Source of the DNA: an uncultured Clostridia bacterium
GTDB lineage: Bacteria > Bacillota > Clostridia > TANB77 > RGIG9151
Reading direction: 5' to 3'
Length of the DNA stretch: 27,463 nt
Assembly (NCBI GenBank): GCA_934500865.1
Contig: CAKSUD010000019.1
Location: 1-27,463, forward strand
This document shows positions 17,376-24,736 of the stretch, piece by piece. Position 1 is the first letter of the stretch, and each line of letters starts with the position of its first letter. A model generated the notes under the pieces. It was not told where the DNA came from and did not search any database. It saw nothing but the letters and a program-made list of their open reading frames with translations. Made by a program: the position numbers and the translations under genes.

Positions 17376-17735
17376 ATGGCATCAAAAATTCTGGCATTCC
17401 TTATGGTGATGATTGTAATGTTGCCGGTCATGTATTTTGTCTTAGGCGGAATAAAATATTTAAAAAGGGCAAGATACTTGTTGGGGGGAATGATTCTATT
17501 AGCAGCTGCAAATTGTATATTTTCTATGTTTTTCTTGTACTTTGCATATTCTATTGTATGGAGTATTACAGTAAGTATAGAATTAGCTGCTTTTATTGCG
17601 ATAACTGTATTTTTAGCACAAAAAGCATGTGGCAAAAAGAATTATATAGCTCTTCTTACATCTATCTTAACTGGAATTGTAATGTCAAGTCTTATGATAT
17701 TAACGAGTATGGTAATGAGATTAGTTAGCATGTAA
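17376..17735 (+). CDS. Small four-TM membrane protein, paralog 2 (unknown family)
   Basis: 119 aa. Identical AGGAGG-9nt-ATG arrangement, same helix layout and the same conserved termini as paralog 1. Confidence 0.72.
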   Translation: MASKILAFLMVMIVMLPVMYFVLGGIKYLKRARYLLGGMILLAAANCIFSMFFLYFAYSIVWSITVSIELAAFIAITVFLAQKACGKKNYIALLTSILTGIVMSSLMILTSMVMRLVSM

Positions 17736-17741
17736 AATTAG

Positions 17742-17771
17742 GCCAACCTTTAATGAAGGTTGGCTTTTTTC
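17742..17771 (+). terminator. Rho-independent terminator after the tandem cassette
   Basis: GCCAACCTT (17742-17750), loop TAATG, AAGGTTGGC (17756-17764), then TTTTTT. Confidence 0.85.
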
Positions 17772-17804
17772 TGTGTTCAAAAAGAAAAAACAAATTTAAA
17801 TTTA

Positions 17805-17833
17805 TTGACGAAGAAGGTAAAAACATATATAAT
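17805..17833 (+). promoter_or_regulatory. Near-consensus sigma-A promoter for cmk-plsC-ispH-rpsA
   Basis: TTGACG (17805-17810), 17-nt spacer, TATAAT (17828-17833). Confidence 0.65.
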
Positions 17834-17865
17834 TTTTATGGAAATTTCGAGAGGAGTGTTTTATT

Positions 17866-18531
17866 TTGGAGAAACAAATATCGATTGCTATTGACGGACC
17901 TGTTGGAGCCGGAAAAAGTACTATTGCGAGAATGGTTGCAAAAAAACTTAATATAATATATGTAGATACAGGTGCGATGTACAGAACGGTTGGGTTATAT
18001 GTTACAAGAAAAGGTTTAGACACTGCTAACTTTGATGATGTAAGAAGTGTTATTAACGAAATAGAATTAGATGTAAAACTTTCGAACAAAGGGCAATTGA
18101 TATTTCTAAATGGTGAAAATGTTACTGATTTAATTAGAACTCCTGAGATTTCTATGGCGGCTTCTAATGTTTCGGCAGTTCCTGAAGTTAGAGAAAGACT
18201 TGTTAATATTCAAAGGGACTTGGCTAAGTCTAAAAGTGTAGTTATGGACGGAAGAGACATAGGAACTGTTGTATTACCGAATGCAAGTGCAAAGATTTAT
18301 CTAGTTGCAGATTTAGATGTAAGAGCTAATAGACGCTATAAAGAACTTCTTAATAAAGGACAGAATGTTACTTTTGAGGAAGTAAAAGAAGATATAATTA
18401 AAAGAGATAAAAATGATATGAGCCGTGCCACATCTCCGCTTAAGAAGGCTGATGATGCGGTTGAACTTGATACTACTAACCTTAATTTAGAGCAAGTCGT
18501 AGAGAAATTAATTGAGATTGTTAAAAATTAA
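17866..18531 (+). CDS. cmk: Cytidylate kinase (bacterial type)
   Basis: 221 aa. IAIDGPVGAGKST P-loop, YVDTGAMYR, MDGRDIGTVVLP. TTG start 9 nt after the GAGGAG SD. Confidence 0.93.
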   Translation: MEKQISIAIDGPVGAGKSTIARMVAKKLNIIYVDTGAMYRTVGLYVTRKGLDTANFDDVRSVINEIELDVKLSNKGQLIFLNGENVTDLIRTPEISMAASNVSAVPEVRERLVNIQRDLAKSKSVVMDGRDIGTVVLPNASAKIYLVADLDVRANRRYKELLNKGQNVTFEEVKEDIIKRDKNDMSRATSPLKKADDAVELDTTNLNLEQVVEKLIEIVKN

Positions 18532-18549
18532 AGGGTGGAAGGATAAAAT

Positions 18550-19146
18550 ATGTTTAGAAAAATTATTGTTGCCATAGTAAAAGCATTTATGAAATGTTGG
18601 TTTAAAATAGATTTGGTTAATTACGAAAGATTTGAAAAAATCAAAACAGGTTGCATTGTAGCCCCAAATCACATTTCAGCTTGGGAAACTGTTATTATGC
18701 CGGTTTTATCTAAGAAAATAATGTATATGATGGCTAAAGAAGAATTATTTAAGAATAAATTTGTTGGTTGGTTTTTAAGACAAATGAAGGCTTTTCCTAT
18801 TGCACGTAAGAAAAATGATTTGGGAGCTATTAAAACATGTGTTAAGTTATTAAAAGAGGGCAAGGCAATTTGTATGTTCCCGGAAGGGACTAGAAGTAAA
18901 GACGGAACTATGAATTTTAAAACAGGTGTTTCTATGATAGCACATTCGGCGAAAGTGCCTGTAATTCCAGTTGGAATTGTCGCAGAGAATAATTTCAAAT
19001 TTAGGTCAGTTGTACATATTGTCTATGGTGAACCTATTTACTTTACAGATTACTACGATAAGAAGATTAACAAACAAGATTTAGCGGAAATGACAGATAA
19101 AATTAGAAACGGAGTTATTAAAGCTATGAACTCTGTTAAAAAGTAA
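18550..19146 (+). CDS. plsC: 1-acyl-sn-glycerol-3-phosphate acyltransferase family protein
   Basis: 198 aa. Acyltransferase block I NHISAWE (HX4E rather than HX4D), block III FPEGTRS, block IV VPVIPV. Conserved cmk-plsC-ispH-rpsA order. Confidence 0.82.
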   Translation: MFRKIIVAIVKAFMKCWFKIDLVNYERFEKIKTGCIVAPNHISAWETVIMPVLSKKIMYMMAKEELFKNKFVGWFLRQMKAFPIARKKNDLGAIKTCVKLLKEGKAICMFPEGTRSKDGTMNFKTGVSMIAHSAKVPVIPVGIVAENNFKFRSVVHIVYGEPIYFTDYYDKKINKQDLAEMTDKIRNGVIKAMNSVKK

Positions 19147-19209
19147 AAAATGTTTATATAATTTAGTATTGAGCTTTTATAGCTCTTTCTTTTTTGAGGA
19201 GGGAGTTCT

Positions 19210-20070
19210 ATGGAAATAATCGTTGGGAAAACGGCAGGTTTTTGCTATGGTGTAAAACGTGCTATTGATTTTTCAAAAGAAACATTGAGCAATAATAAAA
19301 ATGTATATAGCATTGGAAGTATAGTACATAATAAAGTTGTTAACAAGGATTTAGAAGATAGAGGACTTATTTTTAAAAAAGATTTAGATGAAGTCCCTAA
19401 TGGAAGTAGTGTAATAATAAGAGCGCACGGAATTACAAGTGATGAGCTTAATAAATGCAAAAGCAAGAATTTAAATATTATAGACACAACTTGTCCAAAC
19501 GTTAAAAAGATACACGAAATTGTGAATAAGTATTCTAAAGATGGATACAAAATTATAATTATTGGGGATAATGGACATCCGGAGGTAGTAGGAATAAGTG
19601 GCTGGACTAATGGAAATTATATTGTTATAAAAAACATAGATGAACTTAAAAACATGGATTTATCTAAAGTTTGTGTAGTTTCACAAACAACTATGAATTT
19701 TGACACGAGCAAGGAAATAATAGATTATATAAAAAGTCATTCTGAAAACGCTGTTACATTTGATACGGTATGCCGTGCAAGTGAGAATAGGCAAAATGAG
19801 TTAAAGAGTTTGGCGAAAGATGCGGATTACACAATTATTATTGGAGATAAGGCAAGCGCAAATTCAAACAGATTGTATGAAATTGCAAAAGAATTTTGTA
19901 AAAATTCACAATTTATTGAAAATGTTGACGAATTACACTTGAATTTTTTGGAACAATCGTGTAAAATATTAGTTATGGCTGGGGCATCCACGCCTCAGGA
20001 ACTTATAAATGCAGTTGTAGAAAAATTACAACAAAATTATGTCTATGAAGGGATGGATAATCGTGGGTAA
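19210..20070 (+). CDS. ispH: 4-hydroxy-3-methylbut-2-enyl diphosphate reductase
   Basis: 286 aa. GFCYGVKRAI (Cys1), TCPNVKK (Cys2), DTVCRAS (Cys3), IIGDKASANSNRL. Confidence 0.92.
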   Translation: MEIIVGKTAGFCYGVKRAIDFSKETLSNNKNVYSIGSIVHNKVVNKDLEDRGLIFKKDLDEVPNGSSVIIRAHGITSDELNKCKSKNLNIIDTTCPNVKKIHEIVNKYSKDGYKIIIIGDNGHPEVVGISGWTNGNYIVIKNIDELKNMDLSKVCVVSQTTMNFDTSKEIIDYIKSHSENAVTFDTVCRASENRQNELKSLAKDADYTIIIGDKASANSNRLYEIAKEFCKNSQFIENVDELHLNFLEQSCKILVMAGASTPQELINAVVEKLQQNYVYEGMDNRG

Positions 20071-20077
20071 AGAAGCA

Positions 20078-21181
20078 ATGGATTTTGAACAAATGTTAGA
20101 GGAATCATTAAAGGAGATTCGTTCTGGAAGTATCATAAAAGGAGTTATCGCTAATGTTTCAAATGGAAATATTATTATAGATTTGGGATTAAAGTACGAC
20201 GGTATAATGCCATATTCTGAATATTCAGATGAAGCAGATGCAAACCCTGAAAAAGAGTTGAAAGTCGGAGACGAAATCGAAGCTTATGTTGTTAGAGTAA
20301 ACGATATGGAAGGAACAGTATTACTTTCAAGAAGAAAAATTGAAGGTATGAGAATGTGGGAAAACATTGATAAATGGGTTGAAGAAAAGAAACCTGTTAC
20401 AGTAAAAGTAACTAAGGAAGTAGGAGCTGGATTACTTGCTAATAAAAACGGAATTCAAGTATTTATTCCAGCATCACAACTTGCTGAAAGAAATGTTGAC
20501 TTAAAAGAATATGTTGGAAGAAATATTACAGTTAGATTCTTAGAAGTTAATAAGGATAGAAGAAAAGTTATAGCTTCTGAAAGAGTTATCGCTAGAGAAG
20601 AAAGAAGTGCAAGACAAGCTGAAGCTTGGGCTAAGATAAAAGTTGGAGCAGAACTTCAAGGAACAGTTAAGCAAATTGAAAAATTCGGTGCTTTCATCGA
20701 TTTAGGTGGAGTAGATGGATTAGTTCATGTTTCTGAATTATCTTGGGGAAGAATTAAATCTCCAGCTGATGTTTTATCTGTTGGACAAGTTGTAAATGTT
20801 TATGTTTTATCTGTTGACGAAGAAAAGAAGAAGATTTCATTAGGATATAGAAGAGCAGAAGATAATCCTTGGAACAACATTGAAGCTAAGTACAAAGTAG
20901 GAGATGTTGTAGAAGTTAAGATTGAAAGAATAGTACCATTTGGTGCTTTCGCACAAATCGAACTTGGACTAGAAGGATTAATTCACATTTCACAAATTTC
21001 TCATAAGAGAATAGGAAATCCTTCTGAAGTTCTTAAAGTTGGTCAATATGTAAATGCTAAGATTATGGAAATTGATACAGAAAAGAAAAAGATTGAACTT
21101 AGCATGAAAGAATTAGAAGAACCTGAATTAGATATTAAAGCTAATGAAGAACCTGCTAAAGAAGAAAAAATCGAAGAATAA
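20078..21181 (+). CDS. rpsA: 30S ribosomal protein S1 (four S1 domains)
   Basis: Repeated S1/OB motifs (G.V..V...G..IDLG...G..P.SE). ATG 20078 gives the homolog-like N-terminus MDFEQMLEESL. In-frame GTG 20063 and ATG 20039 are alternatives that overlap the ispH 3' end. Confidence 0.9.
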   Translation: MDFEQMLEESLKEIRSGSIIKGVIANVSNGNIIIDLGLKYDGIMPYSEYSDEADANPEKELKVGDEIEAYVVRVNDMEGTVLLSRRKIEGMRMWENIDKWVEEKKPVTVKVTKEVGAGLLANKNGIQVFIPASQLAERNVDLKEYVGRNITVRFLEVNKDRRKVIASERVIAREERSARQAEAWAKIKVGAELQGTVKQIEKFGAFIDLGGVDGLVHVSELSWGRIKSPADVLSVGQVVNVYVLSVDEEKKKISLGYRRAEDNPWNNIEAKYKVGDVVEVKIERIVPFGAFAQIELGLEGLIHISQISHKRIGNPSEVLKVGQYVNAKIMEIDTEKKKIELSMKELEEPELDIKANEEPAKEEKIEE

Positions 21182-21220
21182 TACAGTTAAATAGAACTGA
21201 GCTGATAATTAAAATGCCTA

Positions 21221-21250
21221 AAATAGTGTTCTTTTCAGAACACTATTTTT
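21221..21250 (+). terminator. Rho-independent terminator after rpsA
   Basis: AAATAGTGTTC (21221-21231) pairs with GAACACTATTT (21238-21248) across a 6-nt loop, with a T-run following. Confidence 0.78.
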
Positions 21251-21303
21251 AAGGATAATTATATAATTATGTATACAAGATTTGAAAGGAATGGAAAAGA
21301 TTT

Positions 21304-23130
21304 ATGGTAGAGAGAAAAGATATTAGAAATATCGCTATAATCGCACACGTTGACCACGGAAAAACAACTTTGGTTGATGTTATGTTAAAACAAAGCGGAA
21401 CATTCAGAGCCAACGAGCAAACTGCCGAGAGAATGATGGATTCTAACGACCTAGAAAAGGAAAGAGGTATTACAATTCTTTCTAAGAATACTGCAATCCA
21501 TTATAAAGATGTAAAAATCAATATAGTAGACACACCGGGACACGCTGATTTTGGTGGAGAAGTTGAACGTGTATTAAAGATGGTTGATGGAGTTTTACTT
21601 TTGGTTGATGCTTTTGAAGGTCCTATGCCTCAAACAAAATTCGTTTTAAGCAAAGCGTTAAAGCTTAACTTAAAACCAATTGTTGTTATCAACAAGATAG
21701 ATAAACCTAATGCAAGACCTTTAGAAGTTGTAGATAAGGTTTTAGACTTATTTATTGAGCTTGAAGCAACAGATGAGCAATTAGATTTCCCTGTAATATA
21801 TGTTTCAGGAAAAACAGGTATTGCTAAGACAGATATAGATGAAGAAGCAACAGACTTAAAACCATTATTTGATATTATTTTGGAGAAAGTTCCCGCACCA
21901 AAGGGGGAAATTGATGCACCACTTCAAGTATTAGTTTCTAACGTAGACTATGATGATTATGTAGGTAAAATCGCTGTAGGAAGAATTGAAAGAGGAAGAA
22001 TTAGAAACGGTCAAAATATTATGCTATGCGGTGGGCATAACAACACTAATAAAAATGGTAAAGTTAGCAAGTTATATACATATTCCGGCTTAAAGAAAGT
22101 TGAAATAGATGAAGCAAGTATGGGAGATATAGTTGCATTCTCAGGAATTGCTGATGTTAACATTGGTGATACAGTTTGTGATCCTGAATGTGTAGAACCT
22201 TTACCATTCGTAAATATTGACGAACCAACACTTTCAATGACAATTGGTGTAAATAACGGACCATTTGCCGGAAAAGAAGGAGAATTCGTAACCTCAAGAC
22301 ATATAAGAGATAGACTATTTAAAGAAGTTCAAACAAACTTGAGCTTAAGAGTAGAAGAAACAGATTCAGCAGATACATTTAAGGTTTCAGGCCGTGGAGA
22401 ATTACATCTTTCAGTTCTTATTGAAAATATGAGAAGACAAGGATTCGAAATGATAGTATCTCGTCCAAAAGTTATTTACAAGGAAATTGACGGAGTTATG
22501 TGCGAGCCGGTAGAACACCTTGTAATAGATGTTCCAGAAGAACATATGGGTATAGTTATGGAAAAACTAGGACTAAGAAAAGCAGAAATGATTAATATGG
22601 CTCCTGGTAACCAAGGATATACAAGACTTGAATTTAGAATCCCTTCAAGAGGATTAATCGGATATAGGTCAGAATTCCTAACAGATACAAAGGGAACAGG
22701 AATTATGAATCACTTATTCGATGGATATCAACCAACTAAAGGTGAAATTAATTCACGTTTAAGAGGTGTTTTAGTAGCATTTGAATCAGGTGAAGCTGTA
22801 ACTTACGGACTATATAATGCCGAAGAACGTGGAGAATTATTTATTACTCCTGGAACACAAGTTTATGAGGGAATGATTGTCGGAGTTAATGCTAAGAATG
22901 AAGATGTAGTTGTAAACGTATGTAAGAAAAAGCACGTTACAAACATGAGAGCATCAGGTTCAGACGAAGCGTTAAGATTATCTCCACCAAGACAATTAAC
23001 ACTAGAACAAGCATTAGAATTTATTGCTGATGATGAGCTCGTAGAAGTAACACCACAAAATATAAGATTAAGAAAGAAAATTTTAAATAAAGAACAAAGA
23101 GCAAAAGCAGAAAGCAAAATGAGAACATAA
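21304..23130 (+). CDS. typA: Translational GTPase TypA/BipA
   Basis: 608 aa. [38 protein letters not shown], and the BipA-specific C-terminal domain. Confidence 0.95.
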   Translation: MVERKDIRNIAIIAHVDHGKTTLVDVMLKQSGTFRANEQTAERMMDSNDLEKERGITILSKNTAIHYKDVKINIVDTPGHADFGGEVERVLKMVDGVLLLVDAFEGPMPQTKFVLSKALKLNLKPIVVINKIDKPNARPLEVVDKVLDLFIELEATDEQLDFPVIYVSGKTGIAKTDIDEEATDLKPLFDIILEKVPAPKGEIDAPLQVLVSNVDYDDYVGKIAVGRIERGRIRNGQNIMLCGGHNNTNKNGKVSKLYTYSGLKKVEIDEASMGDIVAFSGIADVNIGDTVCDPECVEPLPFVNIDEPTLSMTIGVNNGPFAGKEGEFVTSRHIRDRLFKEVQTNLSLRVEETDSADTFKVSGRGELHLSVLIENMRRQGFEMIVSRPKVIYKEIDGVMCEPVEHLVIDVPEEHMGIVMEKLGLRKAEMINMAPGNQGYTRLEFRIPSRGLIGYRSEFLTDTKGTGIMNHLFDGYQPTKGEINSRLRGVLVAFESGEAVTYGLYNAEERGELFITPGTQVYEGMIVGVNAKNEDVVVNVCKKKHVTNMRASGSDEALRLSPPRQLTLEQALEFIADDELVEVTPQNIRLRKKILNKEQRAKAESKMRT

Positions 23131-23133
23131 TGT

Positions 23134-23161
23134 AAAAGACCGTAGAAATACGGTCTTTTTG
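23134..23161 (+). terminator. Rho-independent terminator after typA
   Basis: GACCGTA (23138-23144), GAAA tetraloop, TACGGTC (23149-23155), then TTTTT. Confidence 0.85.
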
Positions 23162-23222
23162 CTTTTTAAAAAAGGTTTTTATTATCTAAATATCGTAATT
23201 TTACATTGAGGTGAGAAAGAGG

Positions 23223-23906
23223 ATGATATTTTTCGATATTGATGGAACGTTACTTGACCATAAGGGAGCAGAATTAGAAGGAATCAAGGCTTTTTATAAA
23301 GCTAATGGTTTTGATAAAATATGCAGTTTTGATGAATTCCAAAATGCATGGATACAATACTCAGATAAGAATTTTGAAAAGTTCTTGAAGAAAGAGTGTA
23401 GTTTTGAGGAGCAACGTGCAATGAGAATTATTGATGTATATAATGAGTTTGGAAAAGAAATTGAATATGATATCTCTCTGGTTAAGTTCTCGGATTATCT
23501 AAAAGCTTATGAAGAGGCTTGGAAATCATATGATGATGTAATAGAATGTTTAGATTCGTTAAAAGGATACAAGCTTGGAATAATTAGTAATGGCGATTAT
23601 AATCAACAGGTAAGTAAACTAAAGAAAATGAAAATAGATAAATATTTTTGTGATATCGTTACGGCTGGAGAGGTAGGATACGCAAAGCCAGACAGTAAGA
23701 TTTTCGAAATAGCTTGCGAAAGAAACGGAGTAGCAATAAAAGAGGCTTATTATATTGGAGATAACGTGAAAACAGATATAATTCCGACAAATAAGATTGG
23801 AATGAGGGGTATTTTAATAGATAGAAATAAAAAGATTAATAGAGAGGAAAACATAAAGCGAATTTATTCATTAAGAGATGTAAAAAAATGTTTTTTAATT
23901 TATTGA
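23223..23906 (+). CDS. HAD-superfamily (subfamily IA-like) hydrolase
   Basis: Motif I FFDIDGTLLDH, motif II ISNG, motif III K in GYAKPD, motif IV GDNVKTDI. ATG 23223 follows the GAGAAAGAGG SD; the ORF-track start GTG 23211 is 4 codons upstream. Confidence 0.82.
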   Translation: MIFFDIDGTLLDHKGAELEGIKAFYKANGFDKICSFDEFQNAWIQYSDKNFEKFLKKECSFEEQRAMRIIDVYNEFGKEIEYDISLVKFSDYLKAYEEAWKSYDDVIECLDSLKGYKLGIISNGDYNQQVSKLKKMKIDKYFCDIVTAGEVGYAKPDSKIFEIACERNGVAIKEAYYIGDNVKTDIIPTNKIGMRGILIDRNKKINREENIKRIYSLRDVKKCFLIY

Positions 23907-23931
23907 CATTTTAAGAAAAATTTGGTATCCT
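23903..23931 (+). promoter_or_regulatory. Putative promoter for the toxin-antitoxin-like pair
   Basis: TTGACA (23903-23908, overlapping the HAD stop codon), 17-nt spacer, TATCCT (23926-23931), with TG at the extended -10 position. Confidence 0.45.
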
Positions 23932-23996
23932 TGACTTATACAGGAAAAAGATGGAATTTGTTCAAATAAATGATATGAGTCAAGGAGGAGAATGGA

Positions 23997-24395
23997 ATGG
24001 GAAAATATGTGATGTATACTCGTTGCTATGTAGACATAATGAATAAAAAAGGGTATAATAGTATCAATGAAACATATAATACTACCGATATATGTAATGA
24101 AAAGGTGATTACTATGAAGAATGGTTTATTAGATGCTTTTTTTTCAAAGTTAGATAACTTTAACAAATTTGCCCCTAAAGAAGTTTTAGAGGCTTTTCGT
24201 GTTGAGTTTGTTCCTAAGTTTAAAAATATCTTAGAGAACTATGATGAAGAGAAGATGTTTAATTTACTAGATGATTGGTTTGATACTGTTGACATTTATA
24301 GTAACCCTGAAACTATAAGAAAACTGGATAGCATCGATTCAGATATAGAGAAGGGAATTTATTCTGAATGGAATCCACAGCAAAATATAGGCTAA
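23997..24395 (+). CDS. Putative antitoxin partner of the RelE/ParE toxin; atypical, with only the C-terminal tail Phd/YefM-like
   Basis: 132 aa from ATG 23997, with a strong AAGGAGGAG SD 6 nt upstream. Alternative ATG 24114 (93 aa) has an AAAGGTGA SD. The ORF overlaps the toxin start by 28 nt. The tail DIYSNPETIRKLDSIDSDIEKG resembles Phd/YefM C-termini. Confidence 0.5.
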   Translation: MGKYVMYTRCYVDIMNKKGYNSINETYNTTDICNEKVITMKNGLLDAFFSKLDNFNKFAPKEVLEAFRVEFVPKFKNILENYDEEKMFNLLDDWFDTVDIYSNPETIRKLDSIDSDIEKGIYSEWNPQQNIG

Positions 24396-24646
24396 TTGAG
24401 CATAGGGATGCTAAGAAATTTATAAAAGATAAACCTCAGCAATTCAGGGAGAGAATTTTTAAAGCTTATAATGAAATAATTGAAAATCCATTGGATAACT
24501 CTAATGCAATTAAACTAACAGGATTCAAGAATAGATATAGAAAAAGAGTTGGAGATTTTAGAATAATATATGAAGTGCGTAATAATGAATTGATAATTAT
24601 CATTGTAGATATAGATTCGAGAGGACAGGTTTATAAAAGATTATAG
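24368..24646 (+). CDS. Type II toxin, RelE/ParE family
   Basis: 92 aa. N-terminal AKKFIKD...RERIFKAYNEIIENP and C-terminal YRKRVGDFRIIYEVRNNELIIIIVDIDSRGQVYK match the classic RelE/ParE pattern. Confidence 0.85.
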   Translation: MESTAKYRLIEHRDAKKFIKDKPQQFRERIFKAYNEIIENPLDNSNAIKLTGFKNRYRKRVGDFRIIYEVRNNELIIIIVDIDSRGQVYKRL

Positions 24647-24660
24647 AGATTATTGATGAG

Positions 24661-24697
24661 AAGGACCATAGAAAAGAAATGGCTCTTTATTTTTTTG
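24661..24697 (+). terminator. Possible weak terminator after the toxin gene
   Basis: AAGGACCAT pairs with ATGGCTCTT (one mismatch, one GU) across a 9-nt loop, followed by a T-rich run TATTTTTTT. Confidence 0.4.
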
Positions 24698-24736
24698 CCT
24701 TTATATGATAGAATAATGCGGAGGAGAGAAGGTTTT

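Larger units (their letters stand above)
16967..17738 (+). repeat. Diverged tandem duplication, 394-bp period (two gene copies including their RBS)
   Basis: AGGAGG at 16967 and 17361, ATG at 16982 and 17376. Near-identical nucleotide islands: gtatggcatcaaaaattctg, ttttctatgtttttcttgtac, atgagattagttagcatgta. Confidence 0.85.

Noticed and set aside
16912-17635. Two paralogous minus-strand ORFs (16912-17196, 94 aa; 17345-17635, 96 aa) antisense to the tandem membrane-protein genes
   Set aside because: They mirror the duplication only because they are the reverse complement of it. They have no SD, they run across the sense genes' RBS and promoter, and their compositions (N/I/K/T-rich) are typical of antisense translation of hydrophobic codons. 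The sense ORFs have perfect AGGAGG-9nt-ATG signals.
17753-18089. ORFs 17753-17956 (+) and 17802-18089 (-) around the cmk start
   Set aside because: The first begins inside the cassette terminator hairpin and spans the cmk promoter and start in another frame. The second is antisense to the cmk P-loop region. Neither has an SD, and the cmk motifs are unambiguous.
20039-20078. Possible frameshifted ispH-rpsA fusion, since these genes are fused in some Clostridia
   Set aside because: ispH ends with a normal stop at 20068-20070 after a full-length protein. rpsA has its own in-frame starts (20063 GTG, 20078 ATG) giving a homolog-like N-terminus. The 32-nt overlap in the track comes only from taking the most upstream ATG.
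21269-21310. 13-codon mini-ORF ([13 protein letters not shown]) ending in overlap with the typA start codon, as a possible leader peptide
   Set aside because: There is no SD at a usable distance. Its ATG immediately follows a TATAAT-like -10 element, so it would sit at or before the transcript 5' end.
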